From: an uncultured delta proteobacterium
GTDB taxonomy: Bacteria; Myxococcota_A; Polyangia; Palsa-1104
Reading direction: 5' to 3'
Assembly: GCA_963785725.1 (NCBI GenBank)
Contig: CAWAWS010000017.1
Location: forward strand, 96,001-160,000
DNA length: 64,000 bases
Of this stretch, positions 12,272 through 21,343 are shown piece by piece. How positions within the stretch are numbered: position 1 is the stretch's first letter; each line of letters opens with the position of its first letter. The notes under the pieces are model-generated. The model was not told the DNA's origin. It worked only from the letters and a program-made list of their open reading frames with translations, and made no database searches. A program made the position numbers and the translations under genes.

Positions 12272-13678
12272 ATGCGCTCGACGGCCGTCATTTGTCTGCT
12301 CGTCGTCGCCGGCTGCGGCGGCGGTGACCACGCGACTGCGCCTTATCACGCCGCGTTCTCGCCGGTGACCGCCGACGGCGACATGCTGCGCGACGCGCAC
12401 GGCCGCGCCCTCATCCTGCGCGGCGTCAACGCGCGCGTCGACGGCGTCTTCGACGTCAACTTCACCGACGGCCGCGCGCCGCGCGAGGTCGTGCCGCCGC
12501 TCGACGCCACCGATGCCGCGGCCATGAAAGCGGCCGGCTTCACGCTCTTGCGCCTGCCCGTCAACTGGAGCGCCATCGAGCCCATGCCCGGCATGTTCGA
12601 CGCGACCTACTTCGACAAGATCGCCGCCGTCGTCGACACCATGCGCGGCTCGGGCGTCTACGTCCTCATCGACCTGCACGAAGACGGCTACTCCAAAGAA
12701 TTATGCGAAGACGGCGCGCCGTTGTGGGCGATCGATCCGCAGCCGACGATGCTGGTCGGCGGTCCCGGCCCGCTCGACGGCGCCACCGACTGCCACTCGT
12801 CGGGCGCGGCGCTGCAAGCGTTCGGCAACTTCTTCACCGATCAAATGATGCTGCAAGAGAGCTATACGACGATGGCCGGCATGCTCGCGGCGCGCTTCGT
12901 CGGCGACACGCAAGTCCTCGGCTACGAGATCATGAACGAGCCCATCGCCACCGACGCCGAAGTCGACGCCTTCAACAGCAAAGTCGGCGCCGCCCTTCGC
13001 GCCGCCGATCCCGGCCACCTCATCCTCTTCGAGCCGTCGGCGACGCGCAATTTCACCGACAGCGCCGAGATCTCCAACACGCCTTACAGCGTCACCGGCG
13101 GCGTCTACAGCGTCCACGTCTACACCGACGTCTTCGGCAGCGGTCCCGGCCTCACCGACGGCAGCTACGTCGAGAACTTGTTCAACTCCGTCTCCGGCGC
13201 GCGCATCGAAGCGCAAGCCTGGAAGACGCCGCTCGTCATCACCGAGTTCGGCATCGGCGCCGACAACGCCGTCGCCGGCGCCTGGCTCGGCCACTTCCTC
13301 GACGACGCCGACAGCGCCTTGGCCTCGTGGACGTTGTGGCTGTGGAAAGAGGAGTCGCAAGGCTTTTGGGGCCTGTTCACGCTCAACAGCGACGGCAGCT
13401 GGAGCCCGCGGCCGGCCATGTTCGCGTCCGTGTCGCGGCCGTACGCGCAGGCCATCGGCGGCGACCCGACCGGCATGACGTGGGACGGCACGACGTTGAC
13501 CGTCAAGTTCAACGGCCGCGACGACGTCCCCGGCACGCACGATCTCTTCTGGAGCGCCGGCTCGCCGACGCTCGAATGCGACGGCAAAGCCATCGCCGCC
13601 ACCGGCTTCGACATGGCCGGCTCGCGCTACACCGTCAGCTGCGGCGGCAAAGGCGCGCACGTCTTGACCGCGCGTTAG
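12272..13678 (+). CDS. GH5 glycoside hydrolase lipoprotein, endoglycoceramidase-like
   Basis: Lipobox VAGC; GR..ILRGVN, RLPVNWSAIEP, IDLHED, acid/base NEP, nucleophile TEFG, RPYAQAIGG C-terminal domain. Confidence 0.8.
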   Translation: MRSTAVICLLVVAGCGGGDHATAPYHAAFSPVTADGDMLRDAHGRALILRGVNARVDGVFDVNFTDGRAPREVVPPLDATDAAAMKAAGFTLLRLPVNWSAIEPMPGMFDATYFDKIAAVVDTMRGSGVYVLIDLHEDGYSKELCEDGAPLWAIDPQPTMLVGGPGPLDGATDCHSSGAALQAFGNFFTDQMMLQESYTTMAGMLAARFVGDTQVLGYEIMNEPIATDAEVDAFNSKVGAALRAADPGHLILFEPSATRNFTDSAEISNTPYSVTGGVYSVHVYTDVFGSGPGLTDGSYVENLFNSVSGARIEAQAWKTPLVITEFGIGADNAVAGAWLGHFLDDADSALASWTLWLWKEESQGFWGLFTLNSDGSWSPRPAMFASVSRPYAQAIGGDPTGMTWDGTTLTVKFNGRDDVPGTHDLFWSAGSPTLECDGKAIAATGFDMAGSRYTVSCGGKGAHVLTAR

Positions 13679-14562
13679 CGGCGACGGCGTAACCAGAGCA
13701 GCGCCAGCGCGGCGACGGCGAGCCCGAGCGGCCACCGACCGCGCGCCGCCGGCCGCGCGACGACGGCGCAGCTCGCCTGCGCGCCCGTCGGCACCGCGGC
13801 GCCCGCCTCTTGAATGAAGAACGACGCCGAGACGACGTCATCGCCGTACGGATCTTGGTCGACGTCCGGCGTGCCATTGCCGCCGTTGCCGTCGACGGCG
13901 CTGACGTAGATCGTGACCGGCCCGCTGCCGGCGTTCGGCGCCGTCCACCACACGTGCCAGCTCGTCGGCCCGTTGCGCAGCTCGAGCCGCGGCGTGTTGG
14001 GATCGACGGGCCGATTGCCGAAGACGGCGTCGCCGGCCGGCGCCACGATCGACTCCTCGCTGCCGTTGGTCGCCGCGCAGTTGCCGCCGGGGTCGGGCGC
14101 CGTCGCGCAAAAGAGCCCGCCCAGCGGCGCGCCGCCGGCGTCGTCGACCTCGAGCGCGAAGTTGTTGTTGTTGCACTGCACGTAGCCGCTGCTCGTCCCC
14201 GGCCCGTCGGTGCAGGTGGCGCCCGTGTACTGCAATCCCTCGGTCTCGTGCTCGAGCTGCACCTCGAGCTCATAGACCTGCCCGGGGATATAGCCGCCGG
14301 CGAAGAGCGCGCTCGGATCGGCGCCGAGGTGCAGGCCGACGCGACCGGGCGCGTCGATGTGGCAGCTGGCGCACGTCTGTGAGGCGAAGCGCGGCGCGCC
14401 CGTGAAGTAGATGCCTTCGGCGGTGGCGCCGTACGTCGCGCTGTCGGGCACGGTCGGGTTGGGGAAGAACTGCGTGGCATCGGCGAACGCGTGCGCCACC
14501 GTCGGCAAGGCCAGCAGCGAGACGCCGGACAGCAGACAAGTAAACAGCTGTTTACAACGCAA
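13675..14562 (-). CDS. Secreted CXXCH / reelin-like (choice-of-anchor V-like) protein with MYXO-CTERM-like anchor
   Basis: Signal peptide ending AHA; TCASCH; WWTAP..GSGPVTIYVSAVDGNG; C-terminal Cys, hydrophobic helix and RRRR; start codon uncertain. Confidence 0.7.
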   Translation of the reverse strand: MRCKQLFTCLLSGVSLLALPTVAHAFADATQFFPNPTVPDSATYGATAEGIYFTGAPRFASQTCASCHIDAPGRVGLHLGADPSALFAGGYIPGQVYELEVQLEHETEGLQYTGATCTDGPGTSSGYVQCNNNNFALEVDDAGGAPLGGLFCATAPDPGGNCAATNGSEESIVAPAGDAVFGNRPVDPNTPRLELRNGPTSWHVWWTAPNAGSGPVTIYVSAVDGNGGNGTPDVDQDPYGDDVVSASFFIQEAGAAVPTGAQASCAVVARPAARGRWPLGLAVAALALLWLRRRR

Positions 14563-15859
14563 AGCCGACCTCCAGTGCGCCGCCGATGAAGTGGTCGGCG
14601 GCCGTGTGCGCGAAGCGCGTGCCGGCGCCGGCGAACGAGAGCGCGACGACGTCGTAGTCGCCTTGCAGCCGCAGCCACAGCCAGCCGGTCAGCCACGACG
14701 TCAGCGACGCCGACGCCGAGAAGCCGGCGGCGCGCGCGGCGCCGTATTGCGCGTCCGAGGTGATGTCGCCGGCGTGGATGACGCCGAGATAGCCGGCGCG
14801 CACGTCCAAGAGCGCCCAGTGGCCGCCGAGCGCGCGCGCCCAGCCGAGACCGGCGGCGACGGCGTCGTAGCGCACGTCGGGCACGCCGACGTCGACGGGC
14901 GCGCTCTGGCTCCAGCTGATGCGCTGCCAGCCGGTGTCGAGGGTGAGCGTGCCGCCGGCGGCCGCGTGGCCGAGCGGAATGCGGCCGACGAAGCGCGCGT
15001 TCCAGCGCGACACCGTGCCGCGTGACTGTCCGCCGCCGGTTTGGGTCGTGAAGCCGAAGATCTGTTCGTACGAGCCGGCGAGCCCGAACGACGCCAACAC
15101 CGGATGCTCGGCGGCGAGCTCGGACGACAGCGCCAGCGGAAATACGGCGCCTTCGACGCGCATGCCGGCGACGGTGCCGCCGGCGTAGGTCGGCGCCGAC
15201 GCGACGTCGAAGCCGAGCCGCCGCGTGAGCAGCGCCGGGCCGACGCCGGCGAATACGCCCGCCGTCGGCGCCGCGCCGGCGGCCGAGCGAGCGATGGCCA
15301 GCGTCGGCGCGCCGGCGACCGCGGGCGCGACGTCTTCGGCCGGCGTCGGCGCGCGGTCGTCGTCGGCCGGCGCCTCGGCAGCGCGCGGCGACGCGGCGGC
15401 TTCGGCGCTGCCGAGGCGCGACAGATGCTCGAGCGCGCGCACCAGCTCGGCGACGACGCGCTCGCGAATCAGCGGCAGCGTGCGCCCGCCGAGCGCGTAG
15501 CGTGCGCGCGCCACGACCTGTCCGCTGGCGCCGGCGCGCACGGCGATGAGCAGGACGCGCTCGCGACCCTGGCCGACGATGGCGCCGCCGATGACCGCGT
15601 CGATGCGCAGCGCGGCGGCGACGGCGTGCACGTCGGCCGGCGACGCGCCGTCGCGACCGAGCCGCGCCGCCGTCGCGCGATAGCGCTCGCCGGGCACGAG
15701 CTCGTACAGCTCGCCCAAATCCTCGGCGAGCGCGCCGGCGAAGCGCGGGCCGTCGGCGCCGCTGACGCCGAGCAGCGTGACCGTCTTGGCCGCCGCGTGC
15801 GTGCGCGTGCCGGCGAATATGACGATAATGAATATGAATGAGCGGCTAATAAATGACAT
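14552..15859 (-). CDS. Exported protein with probable C-terminal outer-membrane beta-barrel
   Basis: Signal peptide, Pro/Ala linker, amphipathic beta strands, C-terminus GGALEVGFAL; overlaps both neighbours. Confidence 0.6.
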   Translation of the reverse strand: MSFISRSFIFIIVIFAGTRTHAAAKTVTLLGVSGADGPRFAGALAEDLGELYELVPGERYRATAARLGRDGASPADVHAVAAALRIDAVIGGAIVGQGRERVLLIAVRAGASGQVVARARYALGGRTLPLIRERVVAELVRALEHLSRLGSAEAAASPRAAEAPADDDRAPTPAEDVAPAVAGAPTLAIARSAAGAAPTAGVFAGVGPALLTRRLGFDVASAPTYAGGTVAGMRVEGAVFPLALSSELAAEHPVLASFGLAGSYEQIFGFTTQTGGGQSRGTVSRWNARFVGRIPLGHAAAGGTLTLDTGWQRISWSQSAPVDVGVPDVRYDAVAAGLGWARALGGHWALLDVRAGYLGVIHAGDITSDAQYGAARAAGFSASASLTSWLTGWLWLRLQGDYDVVALSFAGAGTRFAHTAADHFIGGALEVGFAL

Positions 15860-16937
15860 TTAGCCCGCCTTCGATATTCAGTCCGTCGCGCGACTCCAAG
15901 AGCGCGAAATCGAGATAGCGGAAATGGAAGTAATCGATCTTGGCTTCCAGCTCGAGCGCGCGATGGACCCACGGCAAGCGCCAGCTGATCTTGCCGCCGA
16001 GCAGCCCCGACCAGAAGTTGGACAGCTCGCGATCGGCGGTCACGAAAGGCTCGTCGAAGTTGTCGGTCGTATAGTTCTCGCGATAGAAGCTGGCGGCGCG
16101 TTGATAATAGAAACGCCCGCGTAGACGCAGCGTCACGTCGCCGAAGGTGACGAAATAGCGCGCCTGAATCGTATGCGCCTGAACGCCCCAATTGTCGGCA
16201 TAAAAGCGATAGTCACCCTGTAAAGCGGTGTCGCTGAATAGGTGACGATTGAGCGCCAATACGACTGCGTGTCGATAACGATCATAAGGGACGGTTTCGG
16301 GCACTTTGAACGGCGCATTCCCCGCTAAGTCGGGCGTTTGAATGCGCACGAAACGATAAGGGCTCGCTTGATATCCGTCGTCATACGAAAACGAATACGA
16401 GAGCTGCGCGATGGTGCGCTTATCGATCACTTGGCTCCACGACGCCGAGACGCCGTTGACGAGCAGCGAGCGGTGAAACAGCTGATCGCCCGCGCGTCCG
16501 ATGGCGTTCGCCGACACCGAGTAGCCGAGGGCGAGCGTCGCATTGCGCTCGAACAGATCTTGCGCCAGCCCGAGCTCGACGTTGTGCGAGGAATAGTCGT
16601 TCTCGACCGAGTAGACGTAGCTGCCGGAGAGCGTCGTCGCGTGTAGCTTCTGCGTGAGGCCGCCCGTGATCTCGCTGCGAAAGTCGCTCATGCGCTTGGT
16701 CGCGTTGCTGATGACGTCGACCGACGCCGAGCTGACGATGTCGGCGACATAGCTGGCCGAGACGGTGCCGCCAGACCACGCGTCGCGCGAGATGGCCGTC
16801 AGCGGCGACACGACCGTCGTATGATCGTTGTCGGTATAGACCTGCGTCTTGGCCGTGAATTGATCGTCGGCGCGCGCGAATGGCGGGCTGAGCCCGGCGA
16901 GCGACACGAAGATCGCGAGCGCGCGCTTCAGTTGCAC
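15846..16937 (-). CDS. DUF3570-like outer-membrane beta-barrel protein
   Basis: Y.DNDHTTV, DIVSSAS, SVENDY.S, GYQASPYR, E..P..R.R, YRFYADNWG..AHT, R.R.YYQ..A.FY, TADRELS; follows a DUF4266-like gene; terminal Tyr. Confidence 0.8.
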   Translation of the reverse strand: MQLKRALAIFVSLAGLSPPFARADDQFTAKTQVYTDNDHTTVVSPLTAISRDAWSGGTVSASYVADIVSSASVDVISNATKRMSDFRSEITGGLTQKLHATTLSGSYVYSVENDYSSHNVELGLAQDLFERNATLALGYSVSANAIGRAGDQLFHRSLLVNGVSASWSQVIDKRTIAQLSYSFSYDDGYQASPYRFVRIQTPDLAGNAPFKVPETVPYDRYRHAVVLALNRHLFSDTALQGDYRFYADNWGVQAHTIQARYFVTFGDVTLRLRGRFYYQRAASFYRENYTTDNFDEPFVTADRELSNFWSGLLGGKISWRLPWVHRALELEAKIDYFHFRYLDFALLESRDGLNIEGGLNVIY

Positions 16938-17137
16938 CCGCAGCCGCCTCCGGCCGAGCCGTAGCCGCCGACGGCGCCTTCGCGCGCCTCCTGCATGTGC
17001 AGATCGAGCACGTCTTCGTGCGGATCGGGCTGAAACGTCATCGTCGGCTTCGCCAAAAGCTCGCGCTCGTAAGGCTTGACCCGCACGCAGCCGCTCGCGG
17101 CCAAGAGCGCCAACAGCCACGGCAAGAGCGGCTTCAT
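16928..17137 (-). CDS. DUF4266-like small lipoprotein
   Basis: Lipobox ASGC, VKPYERELLA..M, REGAVGGYGSAGGGCGCN C-terminus; not listed separately in the ORF track. Confidence 0.88.
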   Translation of the reverse strand: MKPLLPWLLALLAASGCVRVKPYERELLAKPTMTFQPDPHEDVLDLHMQEAREGAVGGYGSAGGGCGCN

Positions 17138-17712
17138 CGCGGCTGCAGCCCCATGAGCGTGAACACTTGCGCGCACGCGGCGTCGACGGGGCTCGGCTGT
17201 TTGGCGCCGCCGACCCACGCGACGAGCGGCTGCCACTCGGCGTCGTCGGCGAGCGTCTGCGCCGGATAGGCCGGGAAGATGCCGACGCCGTGGTGCTCGG
17301 CGCCGCCGAAGCTGGCCTTGAGCGGCTTGCCGAGCAGCGGAATGTGCTGCAAATCGGGCTGCGCCCGCTGCGCCGTCGTCGCGCCGTACAGCAGCCCCGA
17401 CACCGACTGGAAGTTCAGCTCGACCTCGGAGTCGGTGAGCAGGCCGTCGCGACCGTTGCGCGTCCCCGGATCGACTTGGCGCAGCTTTCCCGGCGAATAC
17501 AGGCGCAGCGCGTGATCGGCGTTGCCGTGGCAGGCCAAGTAGGAGCAGCGTCGAATCAGCACCGGCTCGACGGTGCAGACGAACTGGTCGTAGTCGAGGA
17601 ACGAGTCGGGCGAGCCGGTCGTCGCCAACCCCTGCTTGGGATCGAGCGCCGGGCAGCCGGCCAGCGCGACGACGACCAGGAGCGCGCCGGCCACGAGAAA
17701 GAAGCGACGCAC
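17134..17712 (-). CDS. Lipoprotein with CX4CH (atypical c-heme-like) motif
   Basis: Lipobox LAGC; F...VEPVL..RCSYLACHG; LLGKPL...HHGVGIF. Confidence 0.7.
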   Translation of the reverse strand: MRRFFLVAGALLVVVALAGCPALDPKQGLATTGSPDSFLDYDQFVCTVEPVLIRRCSYLACHGNADHALRLYSPGKLRQVDPGTRNGRDGLLTDSEVELNFQSVSGLLYGATTAQRAQPDLQHIPLLGKPLKASFGGAEHHGVGIFPAYPAQTLADDAEWQPLVAWVGGAKQPSPVDAACAQVFTLMGLQPR

Positions 17713-17720
17713 GCGCGCCG

Positions 17721-18320
17721 TCAGAACCGCTGCGTCGGCGTGGCCGCCGTCCGCAGATCGACGGTGACGTTGCCGCCGGCGTCGATGCAGACGGCGTAAT
17801 GCTGCAAATAGCCGCTGCCGGGGCCGCTCGTGTGCTGGCCGTTGGCGTCGAAGCTGGCGCCGTGGCAGCTGCAGTAATAGGTCGTGCTCTGCAGCGCGAC
17901 GGGACAGCCGGCGTGCGTGCAGTCGGCGTCCATGGCGTAGAAGCCGCCCGCGTCTTTGGTGACGAAGATCGTGTACGGCTCGCCGCCGGCCGAGACGGCG
18001 TTGGCGAACGACTTGGGCGCGCCGACGGTGTAGCTCGACGCCGCGCCGGCGGCCAGCGTGCCCGGGGTGCAGCTCGACGCGCCGCCGCCGCCGGCCGCGC
18101 CGCCGCCGCCGCTTTCGCCGCCGTCGGCCAATCCATCGCCGGCCGCGCCGCCGCCGCCGGCACTTCCGCTGTCGACCGCGACGGTGCCGACCGCGCCTTC
18201 GGACAGCCGCGCCGGCGCCGCCGGGCTGCAGCCGGCGAGCCCGACCGTCAGCAGGCTCGCCCCTGCCACCGCACAGAAGTCGCGACGACTCGGGCAGCCG
18301 CCGCAGGATCCGTCGCGCAT
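17721..18320 (-). CDS. Tat-exported Rieske [2Fe-2S] lipoprotein
   Basis: SRRDFC twin-arginine motif plus LAGC lipobox; CTHAGC and CSCHGASF Rieske boxes; alternative TTG start at 18338. Confidence 0.9.
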   Translation of the reverse strand: MRDGSCGGCPSRRDFCAVAGASLLTVGLAGCSPAAPARLSEGAVGTVAVDSGSAGGGGAAGDGLADGGESGGGGAAGGGGASSCTPGTLAAGAASSYTVGAPKSFANAVSAGGEPYTIFVTKDAGGFYAMDADCTHAGCPVALQSTTYYCSCHGASFDANGQHTSGPGSGYLQHYAVCIDAGGNVTVDLRTAATPTQRF

Positions 18321-18429
18321 GTCACGTTGCCGCAGCAATCGCGATTCCCGTCCTAACTAACCGATTTTTCGTAGGTTGTTGCGGCATCGCGCCCCGGCGA
18401 CTGCGCTTCCGGTGACGGCCACGCCGTTG

Positions 18430-18444
18430 TGCGAATGATTCGCA
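18430..18444. promoter_or_regulatory. Perfect 7-1-7 palindrome, Fur-family-like operator
   Basis: TGCGAAT-G-ATTCGCA about 110 bp upstream of the Rieske operon. Confidence 0.6.
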
Positions 18445-18663
18445 TAACCAATAAGGGCCGTATAACACGGAACCAGGCGCGCGTGTATCGCCGCGAGAGC
18501 GATCGGACGAGCGGCCGCGGCGTCGTGCCGGCGACTCGGTCCCGTGACGGTCGCTGCAGCCTCCTGCGAACCATTCGCGTGCTGCGCCGCCGATCGCGCC
18601 TGACGACGGCTGCAGCCGTAAAACGAAGGCGGACTTTCGTCGCGAGCTTGTTACCATCCGGTC

Positions 18664-19584
18664 GTGCGTGTGTTGCTCGTTGGTCTCGCTTTGTTCGCGG
18701 TCGGCTGCGGCGGCGGCCCGCCGTCGGGCACGGCCTGCAACGGTCACGACGAGCTGTGCGCGCGCACCTACGACGCCGTCACCTTCGCCGGCACGCATGA
18801 CGCCGACTCCAACATCGCCGACGGCTTCGGCGCGCCCGACCAAACCTACGGGCTCACGCGCCAGCTCGACGACGGCATCCGCGTCCTGCACTTGGAAATG
18901 CAGGAATACGACGGCGACGTCTACCTCTGTCATTCGTTGTGCGAAATCGGCAGCCGCCTGCTCGTCGACGACTTGAGCGAGGTCGCGGCCTGGACCAAAG
19001 CCCATCGCCGCGACGTCGTGACGCTGCTGATGGAGTCGACCGATGTCTCCAGCGACGACATCGCCGCGCGCCTGAAAAAGGCCGGGCTGGTCTCGTCGCT
19101 GCACGCGCAAACCGCGGGTGCGCCCTGGCCGACGCTGGGCGCGCTCATCGCCAAAGGGGATCACGTCATTGCCTTCAACGATGACAAGACGAACACCGGC
19201 GGCGCGACGTTCCCGTGGCTGCTCGATCGCTTCGCCTGGACCTGGGAGACGCCGTGGGACAACGAGCAGCTCGCCGACTTCGCGCGCTGCAACGCCGACC
19301 GCGGCACCGCCGGCAACAGCCTGTACGTCGTCGACAATTACCCCGAAGATCGGGTGATCCCCGACGCTGCCGACGCCGAACGCTTCGAGCGCAATCCGTT
19401 TCTGATCGATCGGCTGCTGCACTGTGGCGAGGTCAGCGGCGTGCGCCCCAACTTCGCCATGGTCAACTACTACGAGGTCAGCGACGTCTTCGCCGATGTC
19501 GATATCCTCAATGGATTTGCGGCATTACCCAGCGACAACGTGGACGCATTCCCGCCGCTACAAGATATGGGCGGCAGCGACTGA
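18664..19584 (+). CDS. PLC-like phosphodiesterase (PI-PLC X-like) lipoprotein
   Basis: Lipobox [22 protein letters not shown]...[31 protein letters not shown]. Confidence 0.75.
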   Translation: MRVLLVGLALFAVGCGGGPPSGTACNGHDELCARTYDAVTFAGTHDADSNIADGFGAPDQTYGLTRQLDDGIRVLHLEMQEYDGDVYLCHSLCEIGSRLLVDDLSEVAAWTKAHRRDVVTLLMESTDVSSDDIAARLKKAGLVSSLHAQTAGAPWPTLGALIAKGDHVIAFNDDKTNTGGATFPWLLDRFAWTWETPWDNEQLADFARCNADRGTAGNSLYVVDNYPEDRVIPDAADAERFERNPFLIDRLLHCGEVSGVRPNFAMVNYYEVSDVFADVDILNGFAALPSDNVDAFPPLQDMGGSD

Positions 19585-19628
19585 AAACCGGCGGTTGCGC
19601 ACATTCCGTGTCATACTGCGCGACTTCC

Positions 19629-20891
19629 ATGGAATCGACGTTCGACAATCTCGGCCTCATCGAGCCTCTGACCCGCGCGGTCAAAGAGGAAGGCTATACG
19701 CAACCCACACCCATTCAAGTCGCCGCTATCCCGCCTGTTCTCGAAGGGCGCGATCTGCTCGGCTTGGCGCAGACGGGCACCGGCAAGACGGCGGCGTTCG
19801 CGCTGCCGATCTTGCAACGCTTGTCGCAGTCCGGCCGCCGCCCGCATGGCGATCGGCCCATCGCCGTCCTCGTCTTGACGCCGACGCGCGAGCTCGCGGC
19901 GCAGATCGGCGAGAGCTTCGCGGCCTACGGCAAACACCTCGGTTATCGGCACGCGGTCATCTTCGGCGGCGTCGGGCAGCGCGAGCAGGAGCGCGTGCTG
20001 CGCGCCGGAATCGACATCCTCGTGGCGACGCCGGGACGACTGCTCGATCTTTGCCAGCAGCGCATCGTGCACCTCAATCGGCTCGAGATCTTCGTGCTCG
20101 ACGAGGCCGATCGCATGCTCGACATGGGCTTCATTCACGACGTGCGCAAAGTGATCGCGCTGATTCCGCCGAAGCGGCAGACGCTGTTCTTCTCGGCGAC
20201 GATGCCGCCCGACGCGCAGAAGCTCGCCGATCAGCTGCTGCACGATCCGGCGACGGTGGCGGTGACGCCGGTGTCGTCGACGGCGGAAGCGGTCGATCAG
20301 TCGGTCTTTCTCGTCGAGAAGAATGACAAGCGCTCGCTGCTCTTGCATCTGTTGCGGGACGCGGCCATTTCGCGCGCGCTCGTCTTCACGCGCACCAAGC
20401 ACGCCGCCAATCGCGTCGCCGAGTTCCTCGAGAAGGCCAACGTCAAGGCGGACGCCATCCACGGCAACAAGTCGCAGAACGCGCGCGAGCGAGCCTTGGC
20501 GCGCTTCAAACGCGGCGAGTCGCGCGTGCTCGTGGCGACGGACATCGCGGCGCGCGGCATCGACATCGACGCCGTGTCGCACGTCGTCAACTTCGATCTA
20601 CCCAACGTTCCCGAGACCTACGTACACCGTATCGGCCGCACGGCGCGTGCCGGCGCGAGCGGCGCGGCGTTGTCGTTCTGCGACACCGAAGAGCGCGCGT
20701 TCTTGGCCGACATCGAGCGGTTGATTCGTCGTCGCGTCGAGGTCGTCGCCGAGCATCCGTTCCGCTCGACGGTGCCGCTGTCGGTGCGCCCGGCCATTTC
20801 GGCCGCGCAGCCGCAGCAGCAGCGGGCGGCCGGCGGCGGTCGTCCGGCGGCGCGCAACGGCGCACAAACGCGCTGGCGGCGGCGCCGCTGA
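19629..20891 (+). CDS. DEAD-box RNA helicase (RhlE-like)
   Basis: Q motif [44 protein letters not shown]. Confidence 0.95.
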   Translation: MESTFDNLGLIEPLTRAVKEEGYTQPTPIQVAAIPPVLEGRDLLGLAQTGTGKTAAFALPILQRLSQSGRRPHGDRPIAVLVLTPTRELAAQIGESFAAYGKHLGYRHAVIFGGVGQREQERVLRAGIDILVATPGRLLDLCQQRIVHLNRLEIFVLDEADRMLDMGFIHDVRKVIALIPPKRQTLFFSATMPPDAQKLADQLLHDPATVAVTPVSSTAEAVDQSVFLVEKNDKRSLLLHLLRDAAISRALVFTRTKHAANRVAEFLEKANVKADAIHGNKSQNARERALARFKRGESRVLVATDIAARGIDIDAVSHVVNFDLPNVPETYVHRIGRTARAGASGAALSFCDTEERAFLADIERLIRRRVEVVAEHPFRSTVPLSVRPAISAAQPQQQRAAGGGRPAARNGAQTRWRRRR

Positions 20892-21051
20892 ACTTAGTAT
20901 AACCAGTGTCGAATTGATCGGGAGACGAACGGGAGACGAGGACGGCGCGCAGCATTAGATCACACAGGCAGCATTGTGACGGCGCGGCTGGACTTCGAAT
21001 CGCTGGATCGAGAACGAGCGATACTGTTTAGGTGACCAAGAGGAGTGGTAC

Positions 21052-21243
21052 ATGGCGATGCAAGGCCGACCTTCGATCAACAAGCGCAACCGTGAGCAGG
21101 CCAAACGCGAGAAGCAGCAAGAAAAGGCGCAGCGTCGCGCCGAGCGTACGGTCGAGAAGCGTAACAAAGGCGATGCCCCCGACGGTGAAGATCCCGATAT
21201 CGCCGGCATCATCCCCGGGCCGCAGCCCATTCTCGAAGAGTAG
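21052..21243 (+). CDS. Small basic/acidic hypothetical protein (63 aa)
   Basis: GAGGAG RBS; K/R/E/Q-rich helix followed by DPDIAGIIPGPQP. Confidence 0.7.
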   Translation: MAMQGRPSINKRNREQAKREKQQEKAQRRAERTVEKRNKGDAPDGEDPDIAGIIPGPQPILEE

Positions 21244-21343
21244 CCCGCTTCGATTGCGGTGACGGCGCCGGCGCGGGCCACGCCCGTTTGCCGGCGTTCG
21301 TCGCCCAGCAGTACAAAAACCGAACATGTAGCGCTGCCTTGGC

